64,000 nt of DNA from Candidatus Fervidifonticultor secundus (GCA_031459385.1 JAVKIP010000007.1:1-64000), one strand, 5' to 3'; counted from the first letter of the stretch, positions 19,514 through 29,606 are shown. Made by a program: numbers and translations. Notes: generated by a model from the letters alone, not told the origin.

Positions 19514-20602
19514 GTGGACGACGAGCGGCTGCCATCGCACGGGGGAGACGTGTCTGCGCTCGCCGAGCGCCTGGAGGCCGCGCGCGCCGTCGTGGAGGCG
19601 CTCTTCCCTGGAGCGTTGCCGGCCGACCAGACGCCGCCCTTGTTCTTCCTGCCCCACGTCGATGCGCTGGCGGCGCGGTTCGCCGATCTGCAGCGGCGTC
19701 TGATGCCGCTGGGCTTCCTGGCGCTGCTGCGCCGTCGGGACGGGCGGCCGGCACTGCTGTTGCTGCCCAGGCCCCCGCGCGGCCGGTGGGCCTGGCAGGT
19801 CAACCTCGTGCTCCTGCTGGCCACGGTGGCGACGACCTTCGTGGCTGGCTACCTGCAGTCGCAGGCGCTGGTGCGCGCCGGGTACCTGGACGCCCCCGTC
19901 GTGGGCGGCGTGCTGTTCTCGGCATCGGTGATGTTCATCCTGGGGGCGCACGAGATGGGGCACAAACTCGTCGCCCTCCGGCGCGGCATCGACGCCAGCC
20001 TGCCCTACTTCCTGCCGATGCTGCCGCCGGTGGGCACCATGGGTGCGGTGATCGTGACCCGCACCCCGGCCCCCAACCGCGACAGCCTGATGGACCTGGG
20101 GGCGTCGGGGCCGATCGCCGGGTTCCTGGCAGCGATCCCGGTACTGCTCTACGGCATCTCGCGGTCGTTCGTCGTGACCCCGACGGGCCTGGAGGGGTTC
20201 GAGGCGATTCCCGACCCCCTGCTGATCCGGTGGCTCGTCGACTGGCTGTTGCCCAGGCCGTCCGACGCGGTGGTCCTGGGCCACCCCGTGCTGTTCGCCG
20301 GCTGGCTCGGCCTGGTCGTGACCAGCATCAACCTGCTGCCCGCCGGAATGCTGGACGGCGGCCACGCCGTCCGCGCCCTGTTCGGCCCGCGCGTGCACCA
20401 GGCGGTCTCCTACGCCGGCGCGGCGCTGGCCGCGCTCATGGGCTTCCTGCCCATGGCGCTGCTCATCCTGCTGCTGATGCGCCGCGGCCATGCGGGCCCG
20501 CTGGACGACGTGACCCCCGTCAGCCCCCTGCGCTGGCTGGTTGGTCTGGCGCTCCTCGTCATCTTCCTGGTGAGCGCCGTGCGCCTGCCGCTGGGGCTGT
20601 AG
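19514..20602 (+). CDS. Site-2 protease family (M50) membrane metalloprotease
   Basis: HEMGH, GTMGAVI, GPIAG, NLLPAGMLDGGH. Confidence 0.9.
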   Translation: MDDERLPSHGGDVSALAERLEAARAVVEALFPGALPADQTPPLFFLPHVDALAARFADLQRRLMPLGFLALLRRRDGRPALLLLPRPPRGRWAWQVNLVLLLATVATTFVAGYLQSQALVRAGYLDAPVVGGVLFSASVMFILGAHEMGHKLVALRRGIDASLPYFLPMLPPVGTMGAVIVTRTPAPNRDSLMDLGASGPIAGFLAAIPVLLYGISRSFVVTPTGLEGFEAIPDPLLIRWLVDWLLPRPSDAVVLGHPVLFAGWLGLVVTSINLLPAGMLDGGHAVRALFGPRVHQAVSYAGAALAALMGFLPMALLILLLMRRGHAGPLDDVTPVSPLRWLVGLALLVIFLVSAVRLPLGL

Positions 20603-20603
20603 C

Positions 20604-21812
20604 GTGGCCGGCGCGGTCACCCCGGAGGCGGCCCGGCCTCCGGGTCGGTGGTGGCGGGCGGTGCGGACCGTCGCCGGGAAAGAACTCGCCGAGACGCGAC
20701 GCGACCGGCGGACGGTCATCGCGGCGGTGCTCCTGCCCGCCCTGCTCATGCCGATCGCCGTCCTGGTGATACCGGTGCTCGCCCGCCACCAGCAGGCGGC
20801 GCTGGAACGCCGGCCGGCGAGGGTGGCGGTGCTGGGCGGCGGTGCCGGCGGCCTGGTTGCGGCGGGCTTCGACCAGGGGCTCCTGCGCCTGGTGTCGGTG
20901 CAGGATCCAGCGGGTGCCCTGCTGCGCGGGGACCTGGACGCGGTGCTGATCGACCAGGGCCGCGGCGACCGTGGCCCGCGCCGGGTCGTGATCCTGTACG
21001 ACGAGAGCCGGCCGGCCTCGCGGGCGGCCCTGGACCGCATCACGGCCCTGGCCGCGCGGCGCGCCCTGCGCGATCTGGAGGCCGCGGCCCGTGCGCGGGG
21101 GATAGATCCGGCCGCGCTGCTGACGGTGAACCTGGAGCCCAGCAATGTCGCGCCTCCCCGGCGTCTCGGGGCGACCCTGCTGGCAACGGCCCTGCCCTTC
21201 TTCCTGGCCGTCTGGCTGCTCCTGGGAGGACAGTACGCCGCGCTCGACGTGGGCGTGGGCGAGCGGGAACGGGGTAGTCTGGAGACGCTCCTGGCTGCCC
21301 CACCGGCCCGGTCGTCCATCGTAGCGGGAAAGTTCGTCGCTGTGCTGGTGCCGGCCGTCCTGGCGCTTATGATCATGCTGGCCTCCGGCGTGGCCTCGGC
21401 ACGGCTCGGGGCTGGCCTGCTGTCGGCCCAGCCGGTCGAGGTACACCTGCCCCTGCCGACGGCCGGGCTGCTGCTGCTGGTCGGGATGGCCCTGGGGGGC
21501 CTGCTCTCGGCCCTGCAGCTCCTGGCGAGCCTGGGCGCCCGCACGCTCAGGGAGGCCCAGCAGGCCTTCACGGCGCTCTACCTGCTGGTCGCCGTCCCTG
21601 TGGCGCTGGAGCCGTTCCTTGGGGAGTGGACGGGGGCGCGCTGGGTGTCGCTGGTGCCCGTCCTGAATGCCGTCCTGGCGGTTCGCAGGGTCCTCCTGGG
21701 AGAGGCGCAGGCGGGGGAGGTGGTGCTCACCGTGGGCTCGCTGGCGCTACTAACCATCCCGGTGCTGGCCGCGGGGGTGCGGCTGCTCGAGAGCGCCCGG
21801 CGGCCGATTTGA
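20604..21812 (+). CDS. ABC-2 type permease, NatB-like
   Basis: KELAETRRDRRT, GERERGSLETLLAAP..R..IVAGK, multiple TM helices. Confidence 0.85.
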   Translation: MAGAVTPEAARPPGRWWRAVRTVAGKELAETRRDRRTVIAAVLLPALLMPIAVLVIPVLARHQQAALERRPARVAVLGGGAGGLVAAGFDQGLLRLVSVQDPAGALLRGDLDAVLIDQGRGDRGPRRVVILYDESRPASRAALDRITALAARRALRDLEAAARARGIDPAALLTVNLEPSNVAPPRRLGATLLATALPFFLAVWLLLGGQYAALDVGVGERERGSLETLLAAPPARSSIVAGKFVAVLVPAVLALMIMLASGVASARLGAGLLSAQPVEVHLPLPTAGLLLLVGMALGGLLSALQLLASLGARTLREAQQAFTALYLLVAVPVALEPFLGEWTGARWVSLVPVLNAVLAVRRVLLGEAQAGEVVLTVGSLALLTIPVLAAGVRLLESARRPI

Positions 21813-21885
21813 CGCCCGGAGCCGGCCCAGGCCCGAAAACCGGCGTGCGGACCGCTTTGGGGCCCGTGAACGGGCCAGGGCAGCG

Positions 21886-21915
21886 TTGACATGCTACATC
21901 TTGGGCCTCTAGAAT
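21886..21915 (+). promoter_or_regulatory. Sigma-70 promoter of nrdR-nrdJ overlapped by a putative NrdR box
   Basis: TTGACA-N18-TAGAAT; the spacer carries atgCTACATCTTGggc, resembling the NrdR box CwAyATmTwG. Confidence 0.65.
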
Positions 21916-21944
21916 CAACGGTGCCTCTACCGGTGGGGCCCCCT

Positions 21945-22463
21945 ATGCGATGCCCGCTCTGCGGTCACGAGGACAGCAAGGTCCTGGACTCCCGGCCGGT
22001 CCTGGAGGGCCGGGCAGTGCGCCGGCGGCGCGAGTGCCAGGCCTGCGGGCGTCGGTTCACCACCTACGAACGCGCTGACCTGGCGCCGCTCATGGTCGTC
22101 AAGCGCGACGGGCGGCGCGAGCCGTTCGACCGGCAGAAGGTCCTCGCCGGCCTCCTCCGGGCGTGTGGCAAGCGGCCGATCTCGATGGAGGCGCTCGAGC
22201 AACTCGTGGACGACGTGGAGCGGGAGGTCCGGCAGATGGGCGTCCAGGAGATCGCCTCGGCTGCCATCGGCGACCTGGTGATGGACCGGCTGCGCCGGCT
22301 GGACGACGTCGCCTACGTGCGCTTCGCCTCGGAGCACCGGCGCTTTCGGGACGTCGACTCCATCGCCGAGGAGATCGAGACCCTCAAGGAGCGCAAGCGC
22401 CGCGAGGAAGCCGCACGCGCGCAGGTTCCGCTGATCCAGATTCCCGATACGCGAACCCGATAA
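21945..22463 (+). CDS. nrdR: Transcriptional repressor NrdR
   Basis: MRCPLC...DSR...RRRRECQACGRRFTTYE, ATP cone, VAYVRFAS. Confidence 0.98.
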   Translation: MRCPLCGHEDSKVLDSRPVLEGRAVRRRRECQACGRRFTTYERADLAPLMVVKRDGRREPFDRQKVLAGLLRACGKRPISMEALEQLVDDVEREVRQMGVQEIASAAIGDLVMDRLRRLDDVAYVRFASEHRRFRDVDSIAEEIETLKERKRREEAARAQVPLIQIPDTRTR

Positions 22464-22491
22464 ATCCACTGCAGCCCATGGGGGTGACCTG

Positions 22492-24972
22492 ATGGAAGGC
22501 GCGTCGTCTTCGTCCTCGATGCATCCCACCCCGCTGCGGCCGGCCGCAGCCCCCACGGCGTCGGATCTGCCGGCGGAGACCCTCGCCGCGTTCGACGGCG
22601 ACGAACTCCGCGCACGCGTCTTCCACGACAAGTACGCGCTCCGGGACCGCGAGGGCCGCGTCCTGGAGCGCACGCCCCAGGAGATGTGGCGCCGCATCGC
22701 CCGCGAGCTGGCGTCGGTCGAGGCGACGGCGGCGCTGCGGGCGGAATGGGAGCGGCGGTTCTACTGGCTGCTGGAGGGGTTCCGGTTCATTCCCGGCGGC
22801 CGGATCATGCATGGGGCGGGGAATCCCAAGCGCGTCACGCTCCTGAACTGCTACGTCCTGCCCGTGAAGGAAGACTCCATCGAGGCCATCTTCGAGTGGA
22901 CCAAGGAAGCCGCGCGCACGTACAGCCTCGGCGGCGGCGTGGGCACCGACATCTCGATCCTGCGGCCCCGCGGCGCCCCGGTGAACAATGCGGCCCGCAG
23001 CAGCACCGGCGCCGTGTCGTTCATGGAGCTGTTCTCGCTGACGACCGGGACCATCGGGCAGTCCGGGCGGCGGGGCGCGCTCATGATCACCATCGCCGAT
23101 GCGCACCCGGACATCCTGGACTTCATCACCGTGAAGCAGAACCTGGACAAAGTGCGCTACGCCAACATCAGCGTGCGCGTCTCGGATGCCTTCATGCGCG
23201 CCGTGGAGGAGGACGGTACGTGGGACCTGGTCTTCGAGAACGAGCGGGCAACGGTGCGCCGCACCGTTCGGGCCCGTGAGGTATGGAAGGAACTGATCCG
23301 CGGGGCGCGCGACTACGCCGAGCCAGGCGTGATCTTCTGGGACACCGTCAAGCGCTGGTCGACCTCCGAGTACAACGGCATGGGTGTCATCACCACCAAC
23401 CCGTGCAGCGAGATTCCCCTCGAGCCCTACGGTTGCTGCTGCCTGGGCAACATCAACCTGGCCTGCTTCGTGCGCGACGAGTTCACGAGCCAGGCCCGGG
23501 TGGACTGGGACCAGCTGGAGCGGGCCCTGCGGTACGCGACGCGCTTTTTGGACAACGTCCTGGACTACAACGCCGAGAAGCATCCGCTGCCCGAGCAGAA
23601 GGCGGCCAGCCTCTTCTCGCGGCGCATCGGCGTGGGCTTCACGGGCCTAGGCGACATGCTGATCAAGCTGGGCCTGCGCTACGACAGCGACGACGCCATC
23701 CAGTTCACCGACGGGCTGTTCGACCGGATCAAGAACACGGTCTACGACGAGAGCGTCACCATTGCCGGCGAGAAGGGTACGTTCCCGGGCTACGACCGCG
23801 ACGCCCACCTGGCGTCGCCGTTCGTCCAGGGGCTGGCGCCCCGGGTGCGCCAGCGCATCGAGCGCCAGGGCCTCCGCAACGTGGCCCTGCTGACCGTGCC
23901 GCCGGTGGGCTCGGGGGCCGCGCTGGCCGGCGTGACCAGCGGCATCGAGCCGATCTTCGACCTCTCGTACATCCGGCGGAGCGAGTCCCTGTCCCAGGAC
24001 GTGTTCCGGGTGTACCACCCGCTGGTGCGGGAGTACATGGCGCGGTTTGGGGTCGAGCGCGAGGAGGATCTGCCGGAGTACTTCGTCACCGCCCACCAGA
24101 TCCGCCCTGAGGGACGCGTGCGCATGCAGGCCACGATCCAGCGGCACATCGACCACTCGATCTCCTCGACCGTCAACCTGGCGCACGACACCTCGCCGGA
24201 GGAGGTCGAGCGCATCTACGTGCTGGCATGGAAGCTGGGGTGCAAGGGGATCACGGTCTACCGCGAGGGTAGCCGCGAGGGCATCCTGATCACCGACGAG
24301 CACGCCAGGGGGCAGCCCGTCGCCTCCGGCAGCGCTGTTCCGACGCCGCCTGCGCGCCAGCAGGTGACGCCGCGGGCGCGGCCCAAGGTGACCACCGGCC
24401 GGACCGAGCGCGTCGAGACGCCCCGGGGGCGGGTCTACGTCGTCATCAACGAGGACGACCTGGGCATCTGCGAGGTGTTCGTGCACTCGCTGGACGTGGA
24501 GGCCGAAGCCATCGGCCGCATGGCCTCGCTGGCGCTGCGCGGCGGGCTGGACCCGCGCGACGTCATCGAGCAACTCTGGCGCGTGCAGAGCCGTGAGGTC
24601 GCCTTCGACCGCTCGGCCGACGGCACCGTCGTGCGCGTGACGACCATCGCGCAGGCCGTGGCCCTGGCCCTGGGCCGCGCGCTCTACGGCGAGGGGTTTC
24701 GCCCCGACAAGGCGTTTCCACGGGCCGATGCGCTGCCCGATCCCGGGCCGCGGCCCCGCCAGCAGGCACTGCGCTTTGTACCGCCCGCGGAGGAGCCACG
24801 TCTGGCGCCCGTGACGGGCGGGAACGGCGAGCCCGCGGGGGAGACGCAGGCGATGCGCGGCGTGGGCGACATCGCCCTGGAGTTCATCGGCATCTGCCCC
24901 GACTGCGGCAGCTCTCTGGTCCACGAGAACGGCTGCGCGACCTGCAGGCAGTGCGGGTACTCGCGATGCTGA
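22492..24972 (+). CDS. nrdJ: Adenosylcobalamin-dependent (class II) ribonucleotide reductase with TSCPD and C-terminal Zn-ribbon domains
   Basis: LLNC, TNPCSEIPL, RRIGVG, SGIEP, SISSTVN, CKGITVYREGSR, CPDCG...CATCRQCGYSRC; no beta subunit nearby. Confidence 0.9.
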   Translation: MEGASSSSSMHPTPLRPAAAPTASDLPAETLAAFDGDELRARVFHDKYALRDREGRVLERTPQEMWRRIARELASVEATAALRAEWERRFYWLLEGFRFIPGGRIMHGAGNPKRVTLLNCYVLPVKEDSIEAIFEWTKEAARTYSLGGGVGTDISILRPRGAPVNNAARSSTGAVSFMELFSLTTGTIGQSGRRGALMITIADAHPDILDFITVKQNLDKVRYANISVRVSDAFMRAVEEDGTWDLVFENERATVRRTVRAREVWKELIRGARDYAEPGVIFWDTVKRWSTSEYNGMGVITTNPCSEIPLEPYGCCCLGNINLACFVRDEFTSQARVDWDQLERALRYATRFLDNVLDYNAEKHPLPEQKAASLFSRRIGVGFTGLGDMLIKLGLRYDSDDAIQFTDGLFDRIKNTVYDESVTIAGEKGTFPGYDRDAHLASPFVQGLAPRVRQRIERQGLRNVALLTVPPVGSGAALAGVTSGIEPIFDLSYIRRSESLSQDVFRVYHPLVREYMARFGVEREEDLPEYFVTAHQIRPEGRVRMQATIQRHIDHSISSTVNLAHDTSPEEVERIYVLAWKLGCKGITVYREGSREGILITDEHARGQPVASGSAVPTPPARQQVTPRARPKVTTGRTERVETPRGRVYVVINEDDLGICEVFVHSLDVEAEAIGRMASLALRGGLDPRDVIEQLWRVQSREVAFDRSADGTVVRVTTIAQAVALALGRALYGEGFRPDKAFPRADALPDPGPRPRQQALRFVPPAEEPRLAPVTGGNGEPAGETQAMRGVGDIALEFIGICPDCGSSLVHENGCATCRQCGYSRC

Positions 24973-25017
24973 GCGCGGGCCGCTGACCCTGGCGCCCGGC
25001 GGCGAGGGCCTGGAGAT

Positions 25018-25051
25018 GCGGGCGGCGCCGGCTGCGGCCGGCGCCGCCCGC
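25018..25051 (+). terminator. Perfect 15-bp stem-loop downstream of nrdJ (no U-tract)
   Basis: GCGGGCGGCGCCGGC-TGCG-GCCGGCGCCGCCCGC. Confidence 0.55.
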
Positions 25052-25200
25052 GCTGTGGGCCCGCCACCGTGCCGGGAACGTGCTAGACTGGAGGGCAACT
25101 GCAGCACGTGGCAGGATGCTGGACGCCGGCCGCGGGCGCCATGGGAGGGCATCCCGGCTGGCCGGGACAGCGGAGTCGAGAGAAGCGGAGGGAACCGGAG

Positions 25201-25728
25201 ATGCGCGGGGCGATCGGGTTCGGGGTGGTGGCGCTGGTGCTGGTGCTGGCGGCGGGGGGCAACGCACAGATGCGCACTCAGCCGCAGGGACCGGCCAACT
25301 GGATCATCGTGCCGGGGCATGCGGTCGGGGACATCCAGCTGGGCATGACGCAGCAGCAGGTGCTGAACCGGCTGGGGATGCCCGACGAGATCTCCAACGA
25401 CCGCGCCGGTGATGGCGGGCTCAACGTCTACTGGGTCTACCCGCAAGGCGACCGGTCGGTCCTGGTCGTGTCGTGGACCAAACGCCAGGGGGAGGCCGGT
25501 GGCGTGGACTTTATCTTCACCGACCACGGCCGGTTCGTCACCAGCAAGGGCGTGGCACTGGGGCAGTCCACGTTCCGCGACGTGCTGACCCACTACGGGC
25601 CCCCGGAGCGGCTGTCCGGCGTCGGCCGCGGCGCCGTGATGCTGTCGTACGAGGCGGAGGGGATTCGCTTCCGTATCGAGGGAGAGCAGGGCCGCGTGAG
25701 CGCCGCCACCGTCGTCCCACGCAAGTAG
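25201..25728 (+). CDS. Secreted hypothetical protein with two internal repeats
   Basis: Signal peptide MRGAIGFGVVALVLVLAAGGNA; GDIQLGMT..QVLNRLGMP and KGVALGQSTFRDVLTHYGPP half-repeats. Confidence 0.8.
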   Translation: MRGAIGFGVVALVLVLAAGGNAQMRTQPQGPANWIIVPGHAVGDIQLGMTQQQVLNRLGMPDEISNDRAGDGGLNVYWVYPQGDRSVLVVSWTKRQGEAGGVDFIFTDHGRFVTSKGVALGQSTFRDVLTHYGPPERLSGVGRGAVMLSYEAEGIRFRIEGEQGRVSAATVVPRK

Positions 25729-25806
25729 CGATGGCGCGCTCTGGCTGGTATGCTACTCGATGGGGCACTGCGGGGCGGCTGGCGCCGTCCTGACGGAGGT
25801 GGGACC

Positions 25807-26769
25807 GTGAGGCGTCGCGTGTGGACCAGGGGGCTGGTGCTGCTCCTCGGGCTGGCCGTCGGCGCGGCGGTCCGGACGCCGCCCCCGGCGGCGGGCCAGA
25901 CCAGCCTGGTGATGGCGTTCGTGCCGTCGCTGGACGCCCAGCGCGTGCTGGCCACGGGCAGCACGCTGGCCAGGATGCTGGAGGTGGCCACCGGCTACCG
26001 GGTGCGGGCGGAGGTGCCCACCAGCTACGCGGCTACCATCGAGGCGATGTGCGCCAACCGCGTGGATATCGCGTTTTTCGCCGTGTTCTCGTACGTGCTG
26101 GCCCACCAGCGGTGTGGCGCCGAGGCGCGTCTCGTCAGCATTCGGCAAAACAAGCCCTTCTACGTGTCACAGATCCTGTATCGGGCCGATCTCCCCGTGA
26201 AGTCCCTCCAGGACCTGCGCGGCAAGCGGTTTGCGTTCGTCGACCCTGCGTCCGCGTCTGGGTACCTGTTCCCGGCAGCGTTGCTGAAGAAGCACGGAAT
26301 CGACCCCGACCGCTTCTTCAGCCAGGTGGTGTTCGCGGGGGGGCATGACAAGGTCGTCATCGCTATCTACAACGGGTCGGTGGACGCGGGCGCGACGTTT
26401 GGCGACCCCGACAACCCCACGTTCGAGGCACGGGACCGGGTGGTACGCCAGTTCCCGGACGTCCGGGAAAAGGTGAAGGTCCTGATGTACACTGATCCCA
26501 TCCCGAACGACACCGTCTCGTTCCGGCGCGGGCTTCCCGAGGAAGTCAAGGAGCGGGTGACCAAGGCGATGTTCCGCATCGCGCAGACCCCGCCGGGCCG
26601 GGAGACGATCTTCACGCTGTACCAGCACGAGGGCTACGCTGACTTCGAGGCTCTGCGGACCACCTACAAACTGTCGAAGCTCAGGTCGTTCGACGAGTAC
26701 TTCCAGCCGGTCCGCGATGCGGCCAAGTTCCTCGGGCTCAACCTGGAGGACCTCGTACGGCCGCGCTGA
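25807..26769 (+). CDS. phnD: Phosphate/phosphite/phosphonate ABC transporter substrate-binding protein
   Basis: AFVPS, SYAATIEAM, FVDPASASGYLFP, GGHD, IPND. Confidence 0.92.
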   Translation: MRRRVWTRGLVLLLGLAVGAAVRTPPPAAGQTSLVMAFVPSLDAQRVLATGSTLARMLEVATGYRVRAEVPTSYAATIEAMCANRVDIAFFAVFSYVLAHQRCGAEARLVSIRQNKPFYVSQILYRADLPVKSLQDLRGKRFAFVDPASASGYLFPAALLKKHGIDPDRFFSQVVFAGGHDKVVIAIYNGSVDAGATFGDPDNPTFEARDRVVRQFPDVREKVKVLMYTDPIPNDTVSFRRGLPEEVKERVTKAMFRIAQTPPGRETIFTLYQHEGYADFEALRTTYKLSKLRSFDEYFQPVRDAAKFLGLNLEDLVRPR

Positions 26770-26794
26770 GGTCTCGCATGGCGCCTGGGAGCCG

Positions 26795-26822
26795 CGGGGG
26801 AGAGGGCCAGACCTCTCCCCCG
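26795..26822 (+). other. Intercistronic 11-bp stem-loop after phnD (mRNA stabiliser or attenuator)
   Basis: CGGGGGAGAGG-GCCAGA-CCTCTCCCCCG. Confidence 0.55.
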
Positions 26823-26839
26823 TCGTGTGAGGAGCGCGC

Positions 26840-27610
26840 ATGCCCGGGGCAGCGGTTCGCGTCGAGCACCTGACCAAGATCTACCCCGACGGTACCCGGG
26901 CCCTGACCGACGTGACGTTCTCGGTGCGCCCGGGCGAGTTCCTCATCATCATCGGGCTGTCGGGGTCGGGCAAGTCGACGCTCATGCGGTGCATCAACCG
27001 CCTCATCGAGCCCACCAGCGGCAAGGTCTACATCGACGACGTGGACGTGACGGCGTTGCGTCCCGACGAACTGCGCGTCTTGCGCCGCCACATCGGGATG
27101 ATCTTCCAGCAGTTCAACCTGGTCAAGCGAGAGACAGTGCTGACCAACGTGCTCACCGGCCGCCTGGGGTATACGCCGGCGTGGTGGGCGCTGGCCAACT
27201 ACTGGCCGCGTGAGCTGCGCCAGCGGGCGTTGGCGCACCTGGAGACGGTCGGCATCCCCGAGAAGGCCGGCACGCGCGCGGACCAGCTGTCGGGCGGCCA
27301 GCAGCAGCGGGTGGGCATCGCCCGGGCCCTCATGCAGGACCCGAAGCTGATCCTGGCCGACGAACCGGTGGCCAGCCTCGACCCGGCGACGTCGCACTCG
27401 GTGCTGCAGTACATCGAAGCGCTCAACCGGCGGGATGGCGTCACGGTGATGTGCAGCCTCCACTTCCTGAGCCTGGCCCGGCGCTATGGCACGCGACTCA
27501 TCGCGCTCAAGGCAGGGCAGGTCGTCTTCGAGGGGGAACCCGCGGAGGTCGACGAGCGCCGCTTCAAGGAGATCTTTGGTGAGGACGCCGTCGAGGTCGA
27601 GATTCGCTAG
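26840..27610 (+). CDS. phnC: Phosphonate ABC transporter ATP-binding protein
   Basis: GLSGSGKST, IFQQFNLV, LSGGQQQRV, ADEPVASLDP. Confidence 0.95.
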   Translation: MPGAAVRVEHLTKIYPDGTRALTDVTFSVRPGEFLIIIGLSGSGKSTLMRCINRLIEPTSGKVYIDDVDVTALRPDELRVLRRHIGMIFQQFNLVKRETVLTNVLTGRLGYTPAWWALANYWPRELRQRALAHLETVGIPEKAGTRADQLSGGQQQRVGIARALMQDPKLILADEPVASLDPATSHSVLQYIEALNRRDGVTVMCSLHFLSLARRYGTRLIALKAGQVVFEGEPAEVDERRFKEIFGEDAVEVEIR

Positions 27611-27618
27611 GGGGCGCC

Positions 27619-28782
27619 GTGGGGCGTAACGCCACGGCCCGCGTGCCCCGGGCGCCGGAGGTCCCGCACGCCGGCGCCGGGGCGGTGCGCACCGTCGCGT
27701 GGCTCGTGGCCCTGGCCGTGATCTACCTCTACGGGTGGCAGGTGACCCAGATCGATCTGGGTGAGTTGCTGCGCAAGGCGTACCTGGTGCGGCCGCTGCT
27801 GGTAGACCTGGTGCGCCCCGATCTGGTCGAGCGCCAGCCGCGGCTGCAGGTCGCCGAGGTGGGGATCGGGCTGGAGGGCGCCACACCCCCCGCGGCCCGG
27901 GTCGCCGGTCCCGGTCGCCTCACGGTGACGCCGTCCCGGGCGGCGATCGGCCAGCGCGTGACGGTGGCCGGCGAGGGCTTCGCGCCGTCGCGGCCCGTGC
28001 TGCTGATCTGGCGCGATCAGTCGGGGTCGACGGCGCCCCTGGGCCAGACCACCACCGACGCCGGCGGGGCGTTCACGGTCGTCCTGACGGTGCCCGACGT
28101 CATCGGCACCAGCCATCACATCATCGCGCAGGTCCAGCTGGGCGGCACCGTGGTCCGTCCCAGCAACACGGTGCGGCTCACCGCCTACCGCATGCTGGAG
28201 ACGGTCTTCCTGGCCCTGATGGGCACCACGATGGCCGTGGTCTTCGCTGTGCCGCTGTCGTTTTTGGGCGCGAAGAACCTCATGGCGCGCACACCGCTGG
28301 GCACGGCCGTCTACTACGTGATCCGCACGGTGTTCAACATCGCCCGGTCCATCGAGCCGCTGATCATGGCCACGGTGTTCGCGGTCTGGGTGGGGATTGG
28401 CCCGTTCGCCGGCGTGCTGGCCCTGGGCGTGCACTCCATTGCGTCGCTGGGCAAGCTCTACTCGGAGCAGATCGAGTCCATCGACCCTGGCCCCATCGAG
28501 GCCATCACGGCCACCGGCGCGTCGATGCTGCAGGTGGTACGCTACGCGGTGGTGCCGCAGATCGTGCCGCCGTTCATCGCCTTTACCATCTACCGGTGGG
28601 ACATCAACGTCCGCATGTCCACCGTCATCGGCTTCGTCGGCGGAGGCGGCATCGGGTTCCTGCTGCAGCAGTACATCAACCTGCTGCAGTGGAAACAGGC
28701 GGCGACGGTGGTGTGGGCGATCACGCTGGTCGTGGCCGCCATGGACTACATGAGCGCCAAGGTCCGCGAGCGCATCGTCTGA
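27619..28782 (+). CDS. phnE: Phosphonate ABC transporter permease with an inserted beta-rich extracytoplasmic domain
   Basis: RSIEPL, GPFAGVLAL, GKLYSEQIESIDPGPIEA, YRWDINVR.STVIG.VGGGGIG. Confidence 0.93.
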   Translation: MGRNATARVPRAPEVPHAGAGAVRTVAWLVALAVIYLYGWQVTQIDLGELLRKAYLVRPLLVDLVRPDLVERQPRLQVAEVGIGLEGATPPAARVAGPGRLTVTPSRAAIGQRVTVAGEGFAPSRPVLLIWRDQSGSTAPLGQTTTDAGGAFTVVLTVPDVIGTSHHIIAQVQLGGTVVRPSNTVRLTAYRMLETVFLALMGTTMAVVFAVPLSFLGAKNLMARTPLGTAVYYVIRTVFNIARSIEPLIMATVFAVWVGIGPFAGVLALGVHSIASLGKLYSEQIESIDPGPIEAITATGASMLQVVRYAVVPQIVPPFIAFTIYRWDINVRMSTVIGFVGGGGIGFLLQQYINLLQWKQAATVVWAITLVVAAMDYMSAKVRERIV

Positions 28783-28790
28783 GCCCGGCC

Positions 28791-29606
28791 GTGACCCCCC
28801 CGCTGCCCGATCTCCCCACCGGGTGGTCCTGGACGTCTCGTGACGGGCTCGTGCTGCTGCGCGCCGACGTGCTGGCCGCGGCCGGGGTCTGCCACGCGTT
28901 CACCACGCGCCCCGGTGGGGCGAGCCGCCCGCCCTTCGACGCGCTCAACCTCAGCCGGGGCGTCGGAGACGACGACGCGGTGGTGCGCGCGAACCGCGCC
29001 AAGGTCCTCGCCGCGCTCGGCCGCGACCTGGCCGACCACGTGGAGGTCGCCCAGGTCCACGGCCGCGACGTCGTCGTGGCCACCGCGCCCGACCGCGGCC
29101 GCACCGCGGGTCGGGCCGACGGGCTGACCAGCGCCGAACCCCGCGCCGTGCTGGCCGTGCACTGCGCCGACTGCGTGCCGGTGTTGCTGTGGGACCGGCG
29201 GCGGGGCGCCGCGGCCGCCGTGCACGCGGGCTGGCGGGGTGTTGCGGCCGGCGTCGTGCCGGCTGCGGTGGCGACGATGTGCGCCGCGTTCGGGACGCGC
29301 CCCGAGCACGTCGTCGCTGCCATCGGGCCGGCCATCGGGCCGTGCTGCTACGAAGTCGACGGCCCGGTGGTCGAGCGGTTTGCGCCCTGGTCCTGGCGCG
29401 GTGCGGTCTTCAGCCCCCGCCGGCCGGGCCGCTGGTCTCTCGATCTGTGGGAGGCGACGCGCCGGCAGCTGCACGACGCCGGCCTGGCACCCGAGGCCGT
29501 GGTCGTGGCCGGCATGTGCACGGCCCACCACCCGGCGCTGTTCTTCTCGCACCGACGCGACGGCCGTACCGGGCACATGGCGGCCCTGATCGCCCCGCGG
29601 GGCTGA
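28791..29606 (+). CDS. pgeF: Peptidoglycan editing factor / purine nucleoside phosphorylase PgeF (YfiH/YlmD)
   Basis: FTTR.GG, LNL, QVHG, ADCVPV, HAGWRG, GPAIGPCCYEV, FSHRR. Confidence 0.95.
   Translation: MTPPLPDLPTGWSWTSRDGLVLLRADVLAAAGVCHAFTTRPGGASRPPFDALNLSRGVGDDDAVVRANRAKVLAALGRDLADHVEVAQVHGRDVVVATAPDRGRTAGRADGLTSAEPRAVLAVHCADCVPVLLWDRRRGAAAAVHAGWRGVAAGVVPAAVATMCAAFGTRPEHVVAAIGPAIGPCCYEVDGPVVERFAPWSWRGAVFSPRRPGRWSLDLWEATRRQLHDAGLAPEAVVVAGMCTAHHPALFFSHRRDGRTGHMAALIAPRG

Noticed and set aside
22492..24972. Intein or intron in nrdJ, or a B12 riboswitch upstream
   Set aside because: The NPCSE region is uninterrupted, the length is ordinary and no B12 box is seen.
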